Shown here: positions 23,769 to 36,647 of the stretch, piece by piece
Layout of the letters: the number at the start of each line of letters is the position of its first letter
How positions within the stretch are numbered: position 1 is the stretch's first letter
Source: Thalia democratica
Taxonomy: Eukaryota
Length of the DNA: 64,000 nucleotides
Assembly (NCBI GenBank): GCA_965202585.1
Contig: OZ241826.1
Coordinates: 30,690,001 to 30,754,000 of the forward strand
Reading direction: 5' to 3'
Position numbers and translations under genes: made by a program
Notes under the pieces: generated by a model
What the model was told of the DNA's origin: nothing
What the model saw: only the letters and a program-made list of their open reading frames with translations
The model's database searches: none

Positions 23769-24985
23769 TAAATATTAAAAACATTTGCCTAGGAATCGCA
23801 AACAAGTAAGTTTAAATACTTTTATAATTAAATATAACAGACGTTTATATAATTTCTAGTAAGATAAGAAAAATAATAACACCTTAATAAATACATTTTG
23901 TTTTGATTTTTAAAACAATATACAAAAATATCTAATATTAGACTTAGGTTTGATTTCCAAAGTTTATAGTTTATTAGTTTAGATTTTAGAATGATCAAAT
24001 GTTTCTCATAAAACATTTTTTTAAGTTCAATATTAATTTGATATGGCCTATATAAAACCAAAATTTGTTTAATTTTAAGTTATAGTAAGTCTTAAATCAC
24101 TAAATTTAATGTTTTTTTTTAAATTTTATGAAGTAATGTTATTAAAAAAACATCATATATAAAAATCAGATTATATATATATTAACAATATAAAAAATAA
24201 TTAATTTTAGTATCGTTTACTAAGTTTCAATGTTTACCAAATATCTTCAGAACGATTGAAGTGCATGTCAGAAATTTTTAAAAATCACACAAGTAAAATT
24301 GAATAATTCAAAAACAAAAATACATAAATGACTAAAATAATATATACATATATATACATCTAGATATATGCTTGAAAAGCTTCCACAAGTCTTATTATGT
24401 TGTTAAATTACTACTTAGTTTTATGATAGCTGTTAATTAATATTGTGTATAAATTGCCCTATGAATGTTTTGTCAAAGTAGTGAATTTAAACTTATATTA
24501 AGTCTAAGTAGATTAACTTTAACTAAGCAAACTATTTATTAAATTTAAACATGGTACTAAAAAATGTTAGACTTTATTGCGACTATTTCAAAATAAAATC
24601 ATTTAGTGATACTGTAATTTAATTATTTAAACAGCTATAAATAAAGATTTTTAACTTTTATTTTAAATGTATGATTTTATCATTGATAATACTAATAATT
24701 TTAAAGATTTATTTACTTTTAGTTTTATTATAAGTTACTTAATATTATTAAATATTGCAATTTATTGATTAGTTTAGTCAAGAAAAGTATAAACAAAACG
24801 TTTAAAAATATTTTATATTTTATTTTATTTTGAAAGATATACAAATAGTAAAAAACAATAAACAATTTTATAGTAAATTAACAAGTTTACGACATGACAA
24901 ATTAAACTTAATGAAAGTAACTTTAATAAGGGGCCTTATCTTAAAAAGAAACCTATGTTTTAAGATATAACATGTACATCTAAAT

Positions 24986-25329
24986 CAGGGTCGGCAAACT
25001 GCGGCCCGCGGGCCAAATGCAGCTCTCAATGACCAAATCTGCGGGTCGCGAAATATATTTTAGTTGAAAACATTCTTTTTGTAAATAATTGAAAAGAGTT
25101 TTTGTGTTAAAAACTTACAATTAGGGTAAAAATCAAGTAATTATCAGTTCTAGTGATGTTTTATAGGTTATTTTGTCCCAACTTCTGGTTTAAAAGTGTT
25201 TTTGTATTGTTTTTTACAACAATTTTTTATAAACTGCGGCCAGCGAAGACATTTTTCTGTATAGTGTCGCCCGCGAGCAAAATTTTGCAAGAAAGTTAAC
25301 TTGCTAATTTTTAAGGCTGCTGACCCCTG
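24986..25329. mobile_element. hAT-type MITE (about 344 bp)
   Basis: CAGGGTCGGCAAAC...GCTGACCCCTG termini, GCGGCCCGCG subterminal motifs, flanks ATCTAAAT / ATCTTAAC (6 of 8). Confidence 0.75.
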
Positions 25330-28300
25330 ATCTTAACAATAAGACTTTTGTACTTATTAAATAATAAAAATAAATAAAAAGATACTAATTGAAATGTTTT
25401 TTTTTATATTTATTAAAAACAAACATATTTTTTAACTAATTTTAGCAATATATTAAAAATATATTTTAGAGAATGTAAAGTTTCACAAAAACTTTATTTT
25501 ACGATGTATGCTTTATATAAAGTTAACAAATATACTATTTGTTCAATAAAATAAAGTTAAATAACGAACAATATGCATAATTTTTGAATAAAAAAAGTTT
25601 TGATAAATAGTTTAACAGATTTTAAAAGTGTTTTTTTTTTTTGCTTAAGTTTTGTATCAAAATTTGGGGTAGTTTACTTAATACTAACGACTGTGCTAAA
25701 ATTTTGATCATAAAGCTGTAAAATTTCACAAATATGCATTTTATTTACCTTTTTTATCTAAGAAATAAAAATTCATTATGGTAAAGGTCATTTAGAAAAG
25801 GTTTTAAGAATAAAGAGTAGTTAGAGTTGAAAAATAAAGATAGTTTGCATAAAATCCGTTGCTTTTGATAAAATCTAAATTTTCACAACAATCACTTTGT
25901 TTATAGGAGCAGTAAATAAAAGTGTTTACATGGAAATCACACAAAGAATGCTTACCGTTAATAAAAGCTGTACTTGAACCTCCAAGTGGTTGTTTTTTAG
26001 TATAATAATTATTTCTGGTAAGTTTTCTTGTTGTTAAATCATTTACTATGAATTGGTTGTTGTATTGTACCTTCTGGTTTGACAATTTTGTCTCTGATTA
26101 TAAAAAGTGGTACTGGTAAGTTGTTGTTGCCCGCTTAACCTTTTGTTTAGGTACTAAAAAAAGTGTTTTTAGCAATTTTTTTGAGAAACTTATTATAAAC
26201 TTATGTAATTTTTTTACTTAATTTAGATATTAAAAAGAAAAACAACGTGTATATATAAAATTAAATTTAATTTGCATTAAATTATGTAAATTTAAACGTA
26301 ATCACGTTTATACGTTTATTTTTTAATATCAATAAGTTTTACTAAAGGTTTTAGTTTATATAAAAAAACATATTTATTTAATATTGTTTTTACTTAAGAG
26401 ACTTTTTGTTTTGTTTTATTTTTTGTCAATAGAATATAATGGTATGATAAAATTTAATTTTGATTTTTAATAATTGCATAAAACGAATAGCTATTTCAAT
26501 TTTTCAAGGCTAACTAAAAAACATTTTCAATCTAAAACAAGATAACGTTTTTTTTTTATTGATTAACTTTTTTAAGTTTAAAATTAATGAAAAAGCAAAA
26601 TTATAGAGTTTATAAATGTTAAAAATTGTTTTTTCAAAGTTGAAGATATTATGCTGATCGTTGTAACATTTATCCATTTTTTGTTTAATTTTTATAAAAA
26701 CAACCGTTTGTTAGAAAAATATAGATAAAAAAAGAATGTATTAATAAAAAGACATAAGTAATCCAGTTAGTATAAAAATAAACTATTTCAGGTTAACGAA
26801 TACAATTTTAAATTAATTATTTTGCCTACTAAGTAAAATTTAACTTATGAGTTCAGCACAATTTCTTAACAGAGTATAATAGCAACTGTTTTATTTTCTC
26901 GTGCGTAAAAAAAATCCTGTTTGTAATATAATAATAAAAACCTATATACTTATACTTAGAATATTTGATTATTGTTTAAAGTCAACAACAGTCACTAAAA
27001 CCGTTATAGTGTTAAAAATATAAACTAAGCCGACCAAGAAACTTATTTGTACATCTATTGATTTTTTATTAACCAAGAACAATAAAAAAATACTTCAACT
27101 TTAAGTTTATAATTGTAAATAAAAAAAATTTAATTGAAAAAAATATTTATTTCATCTTATTCAAAAAGTGATTTTTCACACTTTTAAACAAAATTTATTT
27201 AATTAAAAATATTTTAGATAAATTTTGCTGTTCTATAGTTTTATGTAGCTTCTAAACGTATTCTTTATTTCCTTTTTTTTTACTTTTGAGAAGTATTTGT
27301 GAGTTTTATGGTTGCTGTGTAAAATTGTATATTCAATTTAATGAACCTAGTTTTCTACCAATTACTAATTTTAATTTGTTTATACACATTTTTTGACACA
27401 TTTTTGTTATTTAATGTATTACCAGCTAAAAGTTCTTTTTAACATTTTAAACTTTTACCATGTTTTCTATAAAAAGTATTTTTTGGTATTTTTTGCATGA
27501 TTTATAAGTTTATGTAGCATTTGTTAAATATGATTTTTATTAACCAATTTTGTTATTTAATTCTTAACAACAATTAAAGCTATCACATATTTTATACTGT
27601 GCTTTGAATTTACGTAGTTAAAATTTTATTCGTCACAAAACTTTCTTTATTTTGTTTCTTTATTAAACTGAATTTCATTAACAACTTGTTTTTTTGATTG
27701 TAGTTTATTATAAAAATACCATGTTTGTTAATTTTATAAAGAGCAAACTAGAAACCACTTTAAATCTAAGATTTAAAATAATATTAGTCTTACGTTTTTA
27801 AATGACAAGTAAAATTTATAAACTAGTTTTAGTTTAAACACTACAATATATTTAATGGTGTTAAACAAAATGTTTTATTTTTAACGTGTTTTTATTCCTC
27901 AGTTAGATATGTTAGAAATATCTAGCTTTTAGTATTTTAAGAATGTAACTGAACATTAAAATTATACAACTAAACATTTAAAAACATTTGCTTTGTTTAC
28001 TATTTCAAGAAGGTTGTTATTCAGTTTAAACAATAACTTAACGATTAAATAAATTTTAAATCAAAGCTTTGACAGGTCTGTTATTGTAGCGTAAATTTTT
28101 AATTGTAACAACCTTTTAAAGCAAACAAGTTGACCTTTAATAGCAAAAGTGACTTTTGAAAACAAAATATGTTTTTCAATATTTCAAACTAGAATCAAGA
28201 TTAGAATCATCAAATACATATTTATTTATTTTTGTTTAAAAGTTTGATAACTTACACAAAGTTTATTTTAGAGAAGAGGATTTTGTCTGAAAATACTTGG

Positions 28301-29131
28301 ATTTAAACGTAGTTTTTCAATACTGTAACTAAAACTAGTTTAAACATTCTATTCAGTACTTTTAGCTATCAACACGTAGCTTTTACAATATAAATTGGTA
28401 TAATATTGTTACTTTTAAATAGTTCAGGTTAATAATTTTTTTCATATGCTTAAAGTATAAAAAAGTTTTGTAGTTGAATAAAGATATTTTTATAAATATT
28501 TTCAATAGGAGTAAACCTGACTAAGTTAATAAAATTTGTTTTATACTTAGGTTTAGTAATACTAATAAACATCACTCTGATTTTACTAATAAACAAATTT
28601 TATCTAAAGTTGGCATAACTAAGTTTTTATTTTAAAAACTGTTTGTACTTCTTTCGGTAATAATTTAATTTTAAACTTATCAAATTTTTGATTTTTTATT
28701 TTAAAAACAACTTAAAATACTCACGAAAACAATAAATACTGTTTCCAAAATTAGTATAATATACTTGACAAGTTGTAAAAAATTAAATAATTCAAATACT
28801 TCTATTATCTTTTTGTAGTTAAATCAGGTTTTAGATTCGAAGTGGAATTTTAGAACATTTCTGTTAATGTTTGACATTAAAAACCAAAAGTTCGTCGAAT
28901 TTCATAAATGGAGAAAAAACAAAGTTTATTTGAAAAAATACAGTTTTTCTAGCACTGTAAAGCATATGACGTGATTAGGTAGACTGCATTTCAGAACACT
29001 GTGTGGTATTAATGATCTCAATATACGCTTTAATATAACATTTACAAGTTTTATATTAGGTTAGTATAATTTAAAGGTATTGTAAAAGTAAACTAATAGT
29101 TATAAATATTTCGTGTATGTGTCACGTAAGT

Positions 29132-29245
29132 TGTAGGATAATTAGACTATAGCTCATTTTAGTGTTTATGTTTATACTTGTTTTCTTTTCAGATTTTACA
29201 ATGTTAATAAATTATTAAACTAAATTGACGAGGAGTTATTCTTCA
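29132..29245 (+). repeat. 5' LTR (114 bp)
   Basis: Matches 34183-34296 at 112 of 114 positions; contains AATAAA at 29206-29211. Confidence 0.97.
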
Positions 29246-29279
29246 TGTAAAATCTTATCAACAACCTGAGAAAAGTAAA

Positions 29280-32200
29280 ATGGTTATTGTAAAGTGCCCA
29301 ATTCGTAGATGCGAGTTCCAGACGCCAGGTCTATCCGGTGATGTTGTGAGTAGCCTTCTTAACCTCCACAAAGTGGAGCATCAGCAAAATTCTGAGTTAT
29401 CCAATAATGGAGTAATGCCAAATGCACCTAAATTGATTCGACCAAGGGTTGACCGGGGGATCAGCCAAGAGACATGGCTTGCTTTCATTCGAAGGTGGGA
29501 GGCATTCAAGATTGGTTCGAATATAAGCAACCAAAACGCAAGCATACAGCTTTTTCAGTGTGCGCAGGACAAACTTGGCGATCTTATGTTAGCAAGTGAT
29601 CCTCGACTGATGGCCAAATCAGAAAGTTACGTTGCTAAACTGATGGCGTCGATTGCAGTCATAAAAGTTGCTATTGGTGTAAAGAGAGCAGAACTTATGA
29701 ACCTACATCAGGACCATGATGAACCATTTAGAACGTTTGCCACACGTGTACGAAGCAAAGCAGAAACCTGCAATTTCACTACAGTCAGTGAGTGTGACTG
29801 TGGGAAAAGCAATGTGACGAGCTACACAGAAGAAGCAATAAAAGACGTGATGCTCGCTGGCGTTGGGGATGATGACATAAGAAGAGAAGTTCTCAGTACT
29901 GAAGATATCTTATCAAGGTCATCATTTGATATAATTTCCTTTATTGAAAGTAAAGAAATGGGACGCAATGCAACTGAGAATTCGCGGACCATATCTGCAG
30001 TCTCTTCCTTTCAACGTCAGAAGAAGGGACGTGTCAATATAGGAGATAAGTCCCAACATGTTCCGTGCCAGAACTGTAAAAGACTTTTCTATCCTTTCAA
30101 CGAAAAAGGTAACCAAAATAAAAAGCCTTTCAGATATTGTCTATCTTGTTGGCGTAGTCAATCAAAAAGGGTTAATGCTGTTCAAATCCAAGCTGATCGT
30201 TCTGATTTTATGCAACAAGATACTCAAATAATGTCACTACACGCAAGTAAAAGAATTATGTTGAATAACACCATATTCAGCAAGAAGTCCTTGCGTAAAG
30301 CCAAGGCAACGACTGATCATCCTCGTGCATCAGTCAAGATTGCTAGACATGGCACAAACAAGTTTGCATGGGTAAGTGCTTTAGCTGATACTGGAGCACA
30401 GTCGAACCTTTGGGGCTGGAAAAACTTTCAGGAGGCTGGTTTTTGTAAGAAGGATTTAATGCCTGTATCCATCACAATTCGGGCTGCCAATAAAATTCCT
30501 ATTAACATTCTAGGGGCTTTTAAAGCGACTTTCAGCGGAATGTCTCCAAAGAAGGAGGTTATCAGATGTGATGGAATTGTTTATGTAAGCGATTCAGTGA
30601 CCGGATTCTTTCTCTCCTATGAAACCATGGTTGACCTCCTGATTATTAATAAGGATTTTCTCACCATTGGATCTCAACTGCCTCATCAGCATTCTGAAGT
30701 TGCTGTAAGTTCAAATGAAAATGATCCGAATAAACTGGACTCGCATAAAGATGTGACCTGTGATTGCACGCCAAGGAGTAGAGTGCCAGACCGACCAAAC
30801 AAACTTCCGTTTGAGGCAACAAATAAAAACGTGAGCAAAATGCGTGATTGGCTCTTACAAAGGTACGCAACTTCAACGTTTAATGTATGTCTACATAAAT
30901 TACTCCAGCAAATGAGTGGACCTCCACTTGAGATACATTTGGAGAATGATGCTAAACCACGTGCTTGTCATACACCAGCTCACGTGCCAATTCATTGGCA
31001 GAAACAGGTTGAAGCAGATCTCATTCGAGATGTGAGGTTGGGTGTCTTAGAACGTGTCCCATTTGGTGAACCTGTAAGCTGGTGTCACCGCATGGTGGTC
31101 ACCAGGAAACAGGATGGGTCACCTAGGAGGACAGTAGATCTCTCACCACTTAACAAGTATTGCAATAGGGAGACGTGCGCTACAGATACTCCGTTTAAAC
31201 TAGCGCGCAGAATTCCAAAGGGAACGTTCAAGACTGTAACAGATGCATGGAACGGGTATCATGGAGTTCCACTGAGAGAAAGTGATAAACACCTCACTAC
31301 ATTTATCACTCCGTTTGGCAGGTTCCGATATACTAGAGCACCTCAAGGCTTTGTATCATCTGGTGATGGTTACAATCGACGATTTGCAGCTATTTTATCT
31401 GATTTTGAAAGAAAGGAGAGGTGTGTTGATGACACCATATTTTTTGATTCAGAATTAGAGTGTCACAGATGGCGAACAATAGATTTTCTGTCAAAAGATG
31501 GTAATGCAGGCATCATTCTAAATCCAAAGAAATTCCAGTTTTGTCAAAAGTCCGTTGATTTTGCTGGATTTAGAATTTCTGATGAACGTATAGAACCTCT
31601 GCCCAAATATCTGGATTCCATTCGCAATTTCCCAACCCCAAAGTCTGCCACAGATATACGCAGCTGGTTTGGTCTGATAAATCAAGTCGCAAATTATGCC
31701 AAACTTCGTAAAGTCATGGCACCGTTCAGAGATTTTCTCAGTCCAAAATGTAAGTTTATGTGGACAGAAAAATTAAACCAATCATTTAATGAATCAAAAG
31801 AGATAATCATTGACGCAATAAAGAGCGGTGTTCAAAGTTTTGATCTTGGGAAACTGACTTGTCTTAGACCAGACTGGTCAAAGCAAGGATTGGGCTACTT
31901 CCTTATGCAGAAACACTGCAAATGCAATAGCCGGTTACCAGATTGCTGCACCACCGGCTGGAAAGTGACGCTTGCAGGTTCAAGGTTTCTGAATGGGGCA
32001 GAAAAGAATTATGCTGCCATAGAAGGGGAGTCGCTTGCTATTGCTTGGTCATTAGAACAGACAAAGTATTTCACTAAGGGCTGCAAAGATCTTGTGGTTG
32101 TTACGGATCATAAACCACTGGTAAAGATTTTTGGTGATCGCACCTTAAACGAAATTCACAACACGCGCATTTTTAGGCTCAAACAACGTACTTTGCCATG

Positions 32201-33854
32201 GCTTTTTCAAGTGCATTACATGCCAGGTAAAACTAATCTAGCGGCAGATGCTGCATCGCGTTATCCAAGCTCGATTAATGAAGTTAATTCACATGATAAT
32301 GATTTGACTAACGAATCACTTCTAATTGCTTCATTGAGTAATGAAGTATGCCATTCAATGGCAATCACTTGGGAGGAAATTGTAGAAGAGACACTAAATG
32401 ACAAAGTTCTTTCAAGAGTATCCAGGTGTGTTGAGGAAGGTCGAAGCTTGAAACATGATGAGTCTTTGTCAGCGTATTTTAGATACGATGATGCATTGTA
32501 CTTAAGTGATGGGGCTATACTTTACAAGGACAGAGTAGTAATCCCCGTCAGTTTACGATATCGGGTCCTCAACAAGTTACACTCGGCGCACCAAGGAGTC
32601 ACATCAATGCATACTCGTGCCCAACAGATTGTCTTCTGGCCTGGTATTACACAAGACATTGAAGCAATTCGGGCCAATTGTAAAAGCTGCAACCGCAATT
32701 CACCTTCTCAACCATCATTACTACAAGAAGCATCTGATCCTCCTACAAACCCTTATGAAAAAATATTCGCAGAATTTTTCCAGTTTGCCGGAAACAATTT
32801 TTTGGTAGTCGGTGACAGGTTGTCAGGTTGGTCGGAAATATTTTCCACACCCAGCGGAACCTCTCAGGCAGGTTCACGTGGGTTGATTAAGTGCCTCCGA
32901 GTTTTGTTTTCCAGGTTTGGAGTACCTGAGTAAATATCGAGTGATGGTGGACCGGAATTTACGTCCAGTGCAACAAAGGAATTCCTTAAAACCTGGGATG
33001 TCACGCATCGAATATCTTCAGCTTACTATCAAAGATCAAACGGCAGAGCGGAAGTAGCCGTCAAACAGGTAAAAAGGTTGCTAAGATCAAATGTTGACGC
33101 TTCAGGAAGTCTGGACAATGACAAGTTTTTAAGTGCGTTGCTCCATCTGAGAAATACTCCTAATAGCGATTGTCAAGTGTCTCTAGCCGAGATCATATAT
33201 GGACGTCAGCTGCGAGATAGTTTCTCATTCTTGAACAAACTTCACAAATTCTCCAATCCTAATGTGCGACCCATGTGGAGAAAAGCATGGAAGCTTAAAG
33301 AAGAGGCGCTCCGTACAAGGTTTGTTAAGAATTCAGAAGTACTTAACCAAAGAGCCAGGGATTTGCTGCCTCTCTATGTTGGCAGTAGGTGTTTACTACA
33401 GAACCAGAGTGGCACTCATCCACGTAAATGGGACAGAAGCGGAGTGATAATGGAGGTGCTTCCACATGATCAGTATGTAGTCAGAGTTGATGGTTCACGG
33501 AGACTTACTCGGAGGAACAGAAAATTTTTAAGGATGTACAACCCAGCCTCAACAAGCATTGAAGCAAAAAATTCCCATGGTTGGAGCAGTAATCTACCAA
33601 GCTCACATGAGTGCAATGTTGGTCCTCAACGTCCTGATTCTACTGTAAAGATTACAGAGGATTCCAACAGTGCCAATAGTGGTAAAACCAGTGAGGTTGA
33701 AGCGGATCATGAAGAGGTTGAGGAAGAGTACATTCCTGCTCCTATAGTTCACAAAAAAAATAAGGTGCCGCTTGCTTTGCGTAGGTTGAAAGACTTCAAT
33801 GCGCCAGGGAGGCTTGAAAGTGGAGTACTCCAAAGTAGAAATCACCGTAAGTGA
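29280..33854 (+). pseudogene. Single gag-pol polyprotein ORF interrupted by one in-frame TAA (32931-32933) in integrase
   Basis: Protease ADTGA; RT ...TTFITPFGRFRY...PQG...CVDD; RNase H DWSKQGLG...YAAIEGE...TDHKPL; integrase HHCC (LHSAHQG...CKSC) and FGVPE*ISSDGGPEF...SNGRAE. The 33078 ORF is in the same frame as the 29280 ORF. Confidence 0.95.
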
Positions 33855-34182
33855 AGTCTGTTTGTTCCTGTTTATACAAAAGTTTGTGCTGAGTGTTCTA
33901 TTGATGCTGATAGTGATGATTGCTGAGCCAGGAAGGATTCAGAGTGGAATAGCATGAATTTGTATTGTTGTGGATTTATTTAGTGCGTTTTATTGCAGTT
34001 TTGATTTTTTTCAAATAAACCCCTAGTTTAAAGATTTTTTATTTAAGTCAATTGAGTTTTTTTTTAATGCATAAAATTTAGTTTCATCTTAGTAAAATAT
34101 TTTTGTTACTTGTTTAAATCCCCTCTTGACGAGCTATGTCATTGCTTTAAACTTGTTATTATCTTTAATGAGCTGGAGGGGA

Positions 34183-34296
34183 TGTAGGATAATTAGACTA
34201 TAGCTCATTTTAGTGTTTATGTTTATACTTGTTTTCTTTTCAGATTTTACATTGTTAATAAATTATTAAACTAAATTAACGAGGAGTTATTCTTCA
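34183..34296 (+). repeat. 3' LTR (114 bp)
   Basis: Preceded by PPT, followed by TSD TAAGT. Confidence 0.97.
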
Positions 34297-35077
34297 TAAG
34301 TTTAAACGACAATGTCACAAATTTTGAAAGAAAAAGAAACAACACTAGAATCTTTACAATTATTGATCAGGTCAATTCTTAATACCTGAAAAAAAAGCAA
34401 TGGTAGATTTATTTTTAATTTTCATTAAAATAAACATTGCTTTTTTTGTTTGATTCAAGGAATACAACAAATTATCAAACATCCTTCAAATAAAGTGTGA
34501 GCACAGTAATTAAAAAGCATAGTGAGATTTTGTAACCTATAAAAGTAAGAACTTAAAAAAAAATAAATAATATTTTAGAAGCAAACACAATAACAAAAAG
34601 TGTATAAGAGGCTACTATAATAAAACCACATTTTTTTGAAATGATTTTTATTTTAAGTAAATGTTTGTTGAGCTGGTACGTATAAGTAACTCAGTGTAAC
34701 AACATAACATAGCATGGATCATTTTAAAACTTTTGTTTTGGTATCTAGATTAATAATGGAAAAGTCTGAACTTATTTGGAATTAGTAAAACATTTTTCAA
34801 TGAAGGTTTTGATCAAGTTAGTGCAAGGCTTTGGTTTTTGGTAAATTGTTATTAAAACTAAATCTACATGTTTCATAATAAATACTTAATTACTTGCTAG
34901 ATTTTATCTGACGTACTTAATCAGTCAATGATTGTTAAAAAATCAAATGTTTTGAATTTGCAAAGTATTCGTTTCAATAATTTTTGAAATTAAAGGTATA
35001 ATTTTTCATTCTGAATTTGAGTTGTAGAAGTTAGTAATGAAATTCGCTCTCAAGTACTTATAGCTAAGAAAGTGTCC

Positions 35078-35489
35078 CATGGTTGCCAACCTTTTTTTAG
35101 GAATTTTTTCGAGGTTTTCTAAATTTATTTCAGGTTTGTAAAGGTGCAAGTTGTTGAGTTTTTGTTTTAGTTTAAAAAAACTGTCTTAAATAGTATAAAA
35201 AGATTAAAAAGATACTGTAGAGTTACTTTACATGAGGTTTTTAATAAATAAAAGATTTTTGTTATGTGTAAAAAAACTCTTAATGGTTGATTTCTGTGTC
35301 CATTCGAAATATTTTTACGATAAATGCAAACTTTGTTTAAATTTCTAGATTGTTCCAGGTTTTTTAGTCATTTTTGTTTATAATACAAGGTTTTTTTCAA
35401 AATTTTCTAAATTTCAGGATTTTCCAAGTTTTTTAGCCTAAGTAGTCAAATTCCATATATTTCAGTATTACAGGATTTTAACAACCTTG
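35078..35489. mobile_element. Degenerate MITE related to 5452-5873
   Basis: CATGGTTGCCAAC...ACAACCTTG termini, similar length and internal TTCCAGG tracts. Confidence 0.5.
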
Positions 35490-36129
35490 AAACTCTGCTG
35501 GTCTGACTACCAAAGACAATCTTAGACTATACTGAGTTATCCTGAAAGACCTGAGTGTAGGAAAACTCTGATACTATTAGTCACTTTTTAGTTTTGAACT
35601 TATTAGAACTATATTTATTTGTGTTTATTATATTAAATTGATTTTGTATTTTAAAATATTTTGGAGCTACTGATTTATATATTATATATTTTATCATAAT
35701 AATATTTCTTAATTTTAGTCGTAGCATAAAGCTTAAACTAAAAGGTTTCATAAATTAGTTTATAAGTTGTATACTAACCTTTTCTATGTGTAAGTTAATC
35801 AAATTTACTTTGAGAAGACTTTTTAAGAGGTTTTCAAGAAGTCAAATTTTACATTTTTAATTTGTTTATATTTAAAGTATTAAAAAGTAAAAAAATTGTC
35901 GTTTAAAACAAAACGATCAATAGAATAAAAAGTATCAAAGCTATCAAGACTTATTATAAGCTTTAATGTCAAATTTTGTCGCAAAAAAAATTTAAACTAA
36001 GTAAAAGTTTAGATTTTTTATCAGCACCACCTGAAAAACGTATGCACCCAAAATTGAATTTCGTGTACACTAGTGTGCACCAGTGTACACCTTAACGACA
36101 GCTGCTTTATATTTAAGCAGGGCTGCGAA

Positions 36130-36647
36130 ATATACTATGAAGCTAAAGATGGCTTTTTTGCCCTGTTTAAAAAACACAAATCAGCTTTTGAGTCTTTGCC
36201 AGTAGGAAATATAGCTGAGGCTTCAAGTCTTTAGTTTCGGCAAATGTAGCAATTTAGTTTGTCCAAATGTAGCAACAACTATTATATTTTAATTGGTAGT
36301 AATTGTGTTGACGCTCAACCACCATTGTTTCCAATAAGAATTTCAAACGTTTATGAAAGAATGTTAAACAACTATTTTGGACTGTATATTGTGTTGAGGG
36401 TTTTAAATCTTTTTATGCAGTGTGCCAACTCTGGGAGGTTCAAAAATGTTACGACCATATTGAATTAGCAATATCTCAAAGTGTGCAAATAGAAATAAAT
36501 TATTTGGGTGAATCTCAAAATATGATAAAGAAAAAATCACAAAGATCTAGTCTACTTAATAGATTAAAATAAATAGTAACCGAGCGCTATCATAGAAATA
36601 CTATGGAATTACTAAGAGGGTTCGCATATAAACTAAATAAATCATAA
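36130..36647 (+). pseudogene. Decayed MULE-type transposase C-terminal fragment
   Basis: With a frameshift and a stop: PPLFPIRISNVYERMLNN...CVEGF...LNRLK*IVTERY...MELLRGFAYKL. This follows the PPxFP..WNVY.R...TNN..EG.H...YLRGIAHNL pattern I recall for animal MULE-like transposases. Confidence 0.65.

Larger units (their letters stand above)
29132..34296 (+). mobile_element. Full-length Ty3/Gypsy LTR retrotransposon (5165 bp)
   Basis: 114-bp LTRs 29132-29245 and 34183-34296 (TG...CA, 2 mismatches). 5-bp TSD TAAGT at 29127-29131 and 34297-34301. PPT AGCTGGAGGGGA at 34171-34182. Domain order gag-PR-RT-RH-IN. Confidence 0.97.

Noticed and set aside
23130-23805. Overlapping ORFs 23130-23315, 23346-23558 and 23572-23805
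   Set aside because: Antisense or alternate frames of the repetitive EYA exon 1.
32931-32933. Programmed stop-codon readthrough in the Gypsy ORF
   Set aside because: The stop lies inside the integrase core (PE*ISSDGG), not at the gag-pol boundary; a GAA to TAA mutation is simpler.
36062-36090. Near-palindrome GTGTACACTAGTGTGCAC
   Set aside because: Short and isolated; similar GTACAC/GTGCAC words recur in repeat-derived DNA.
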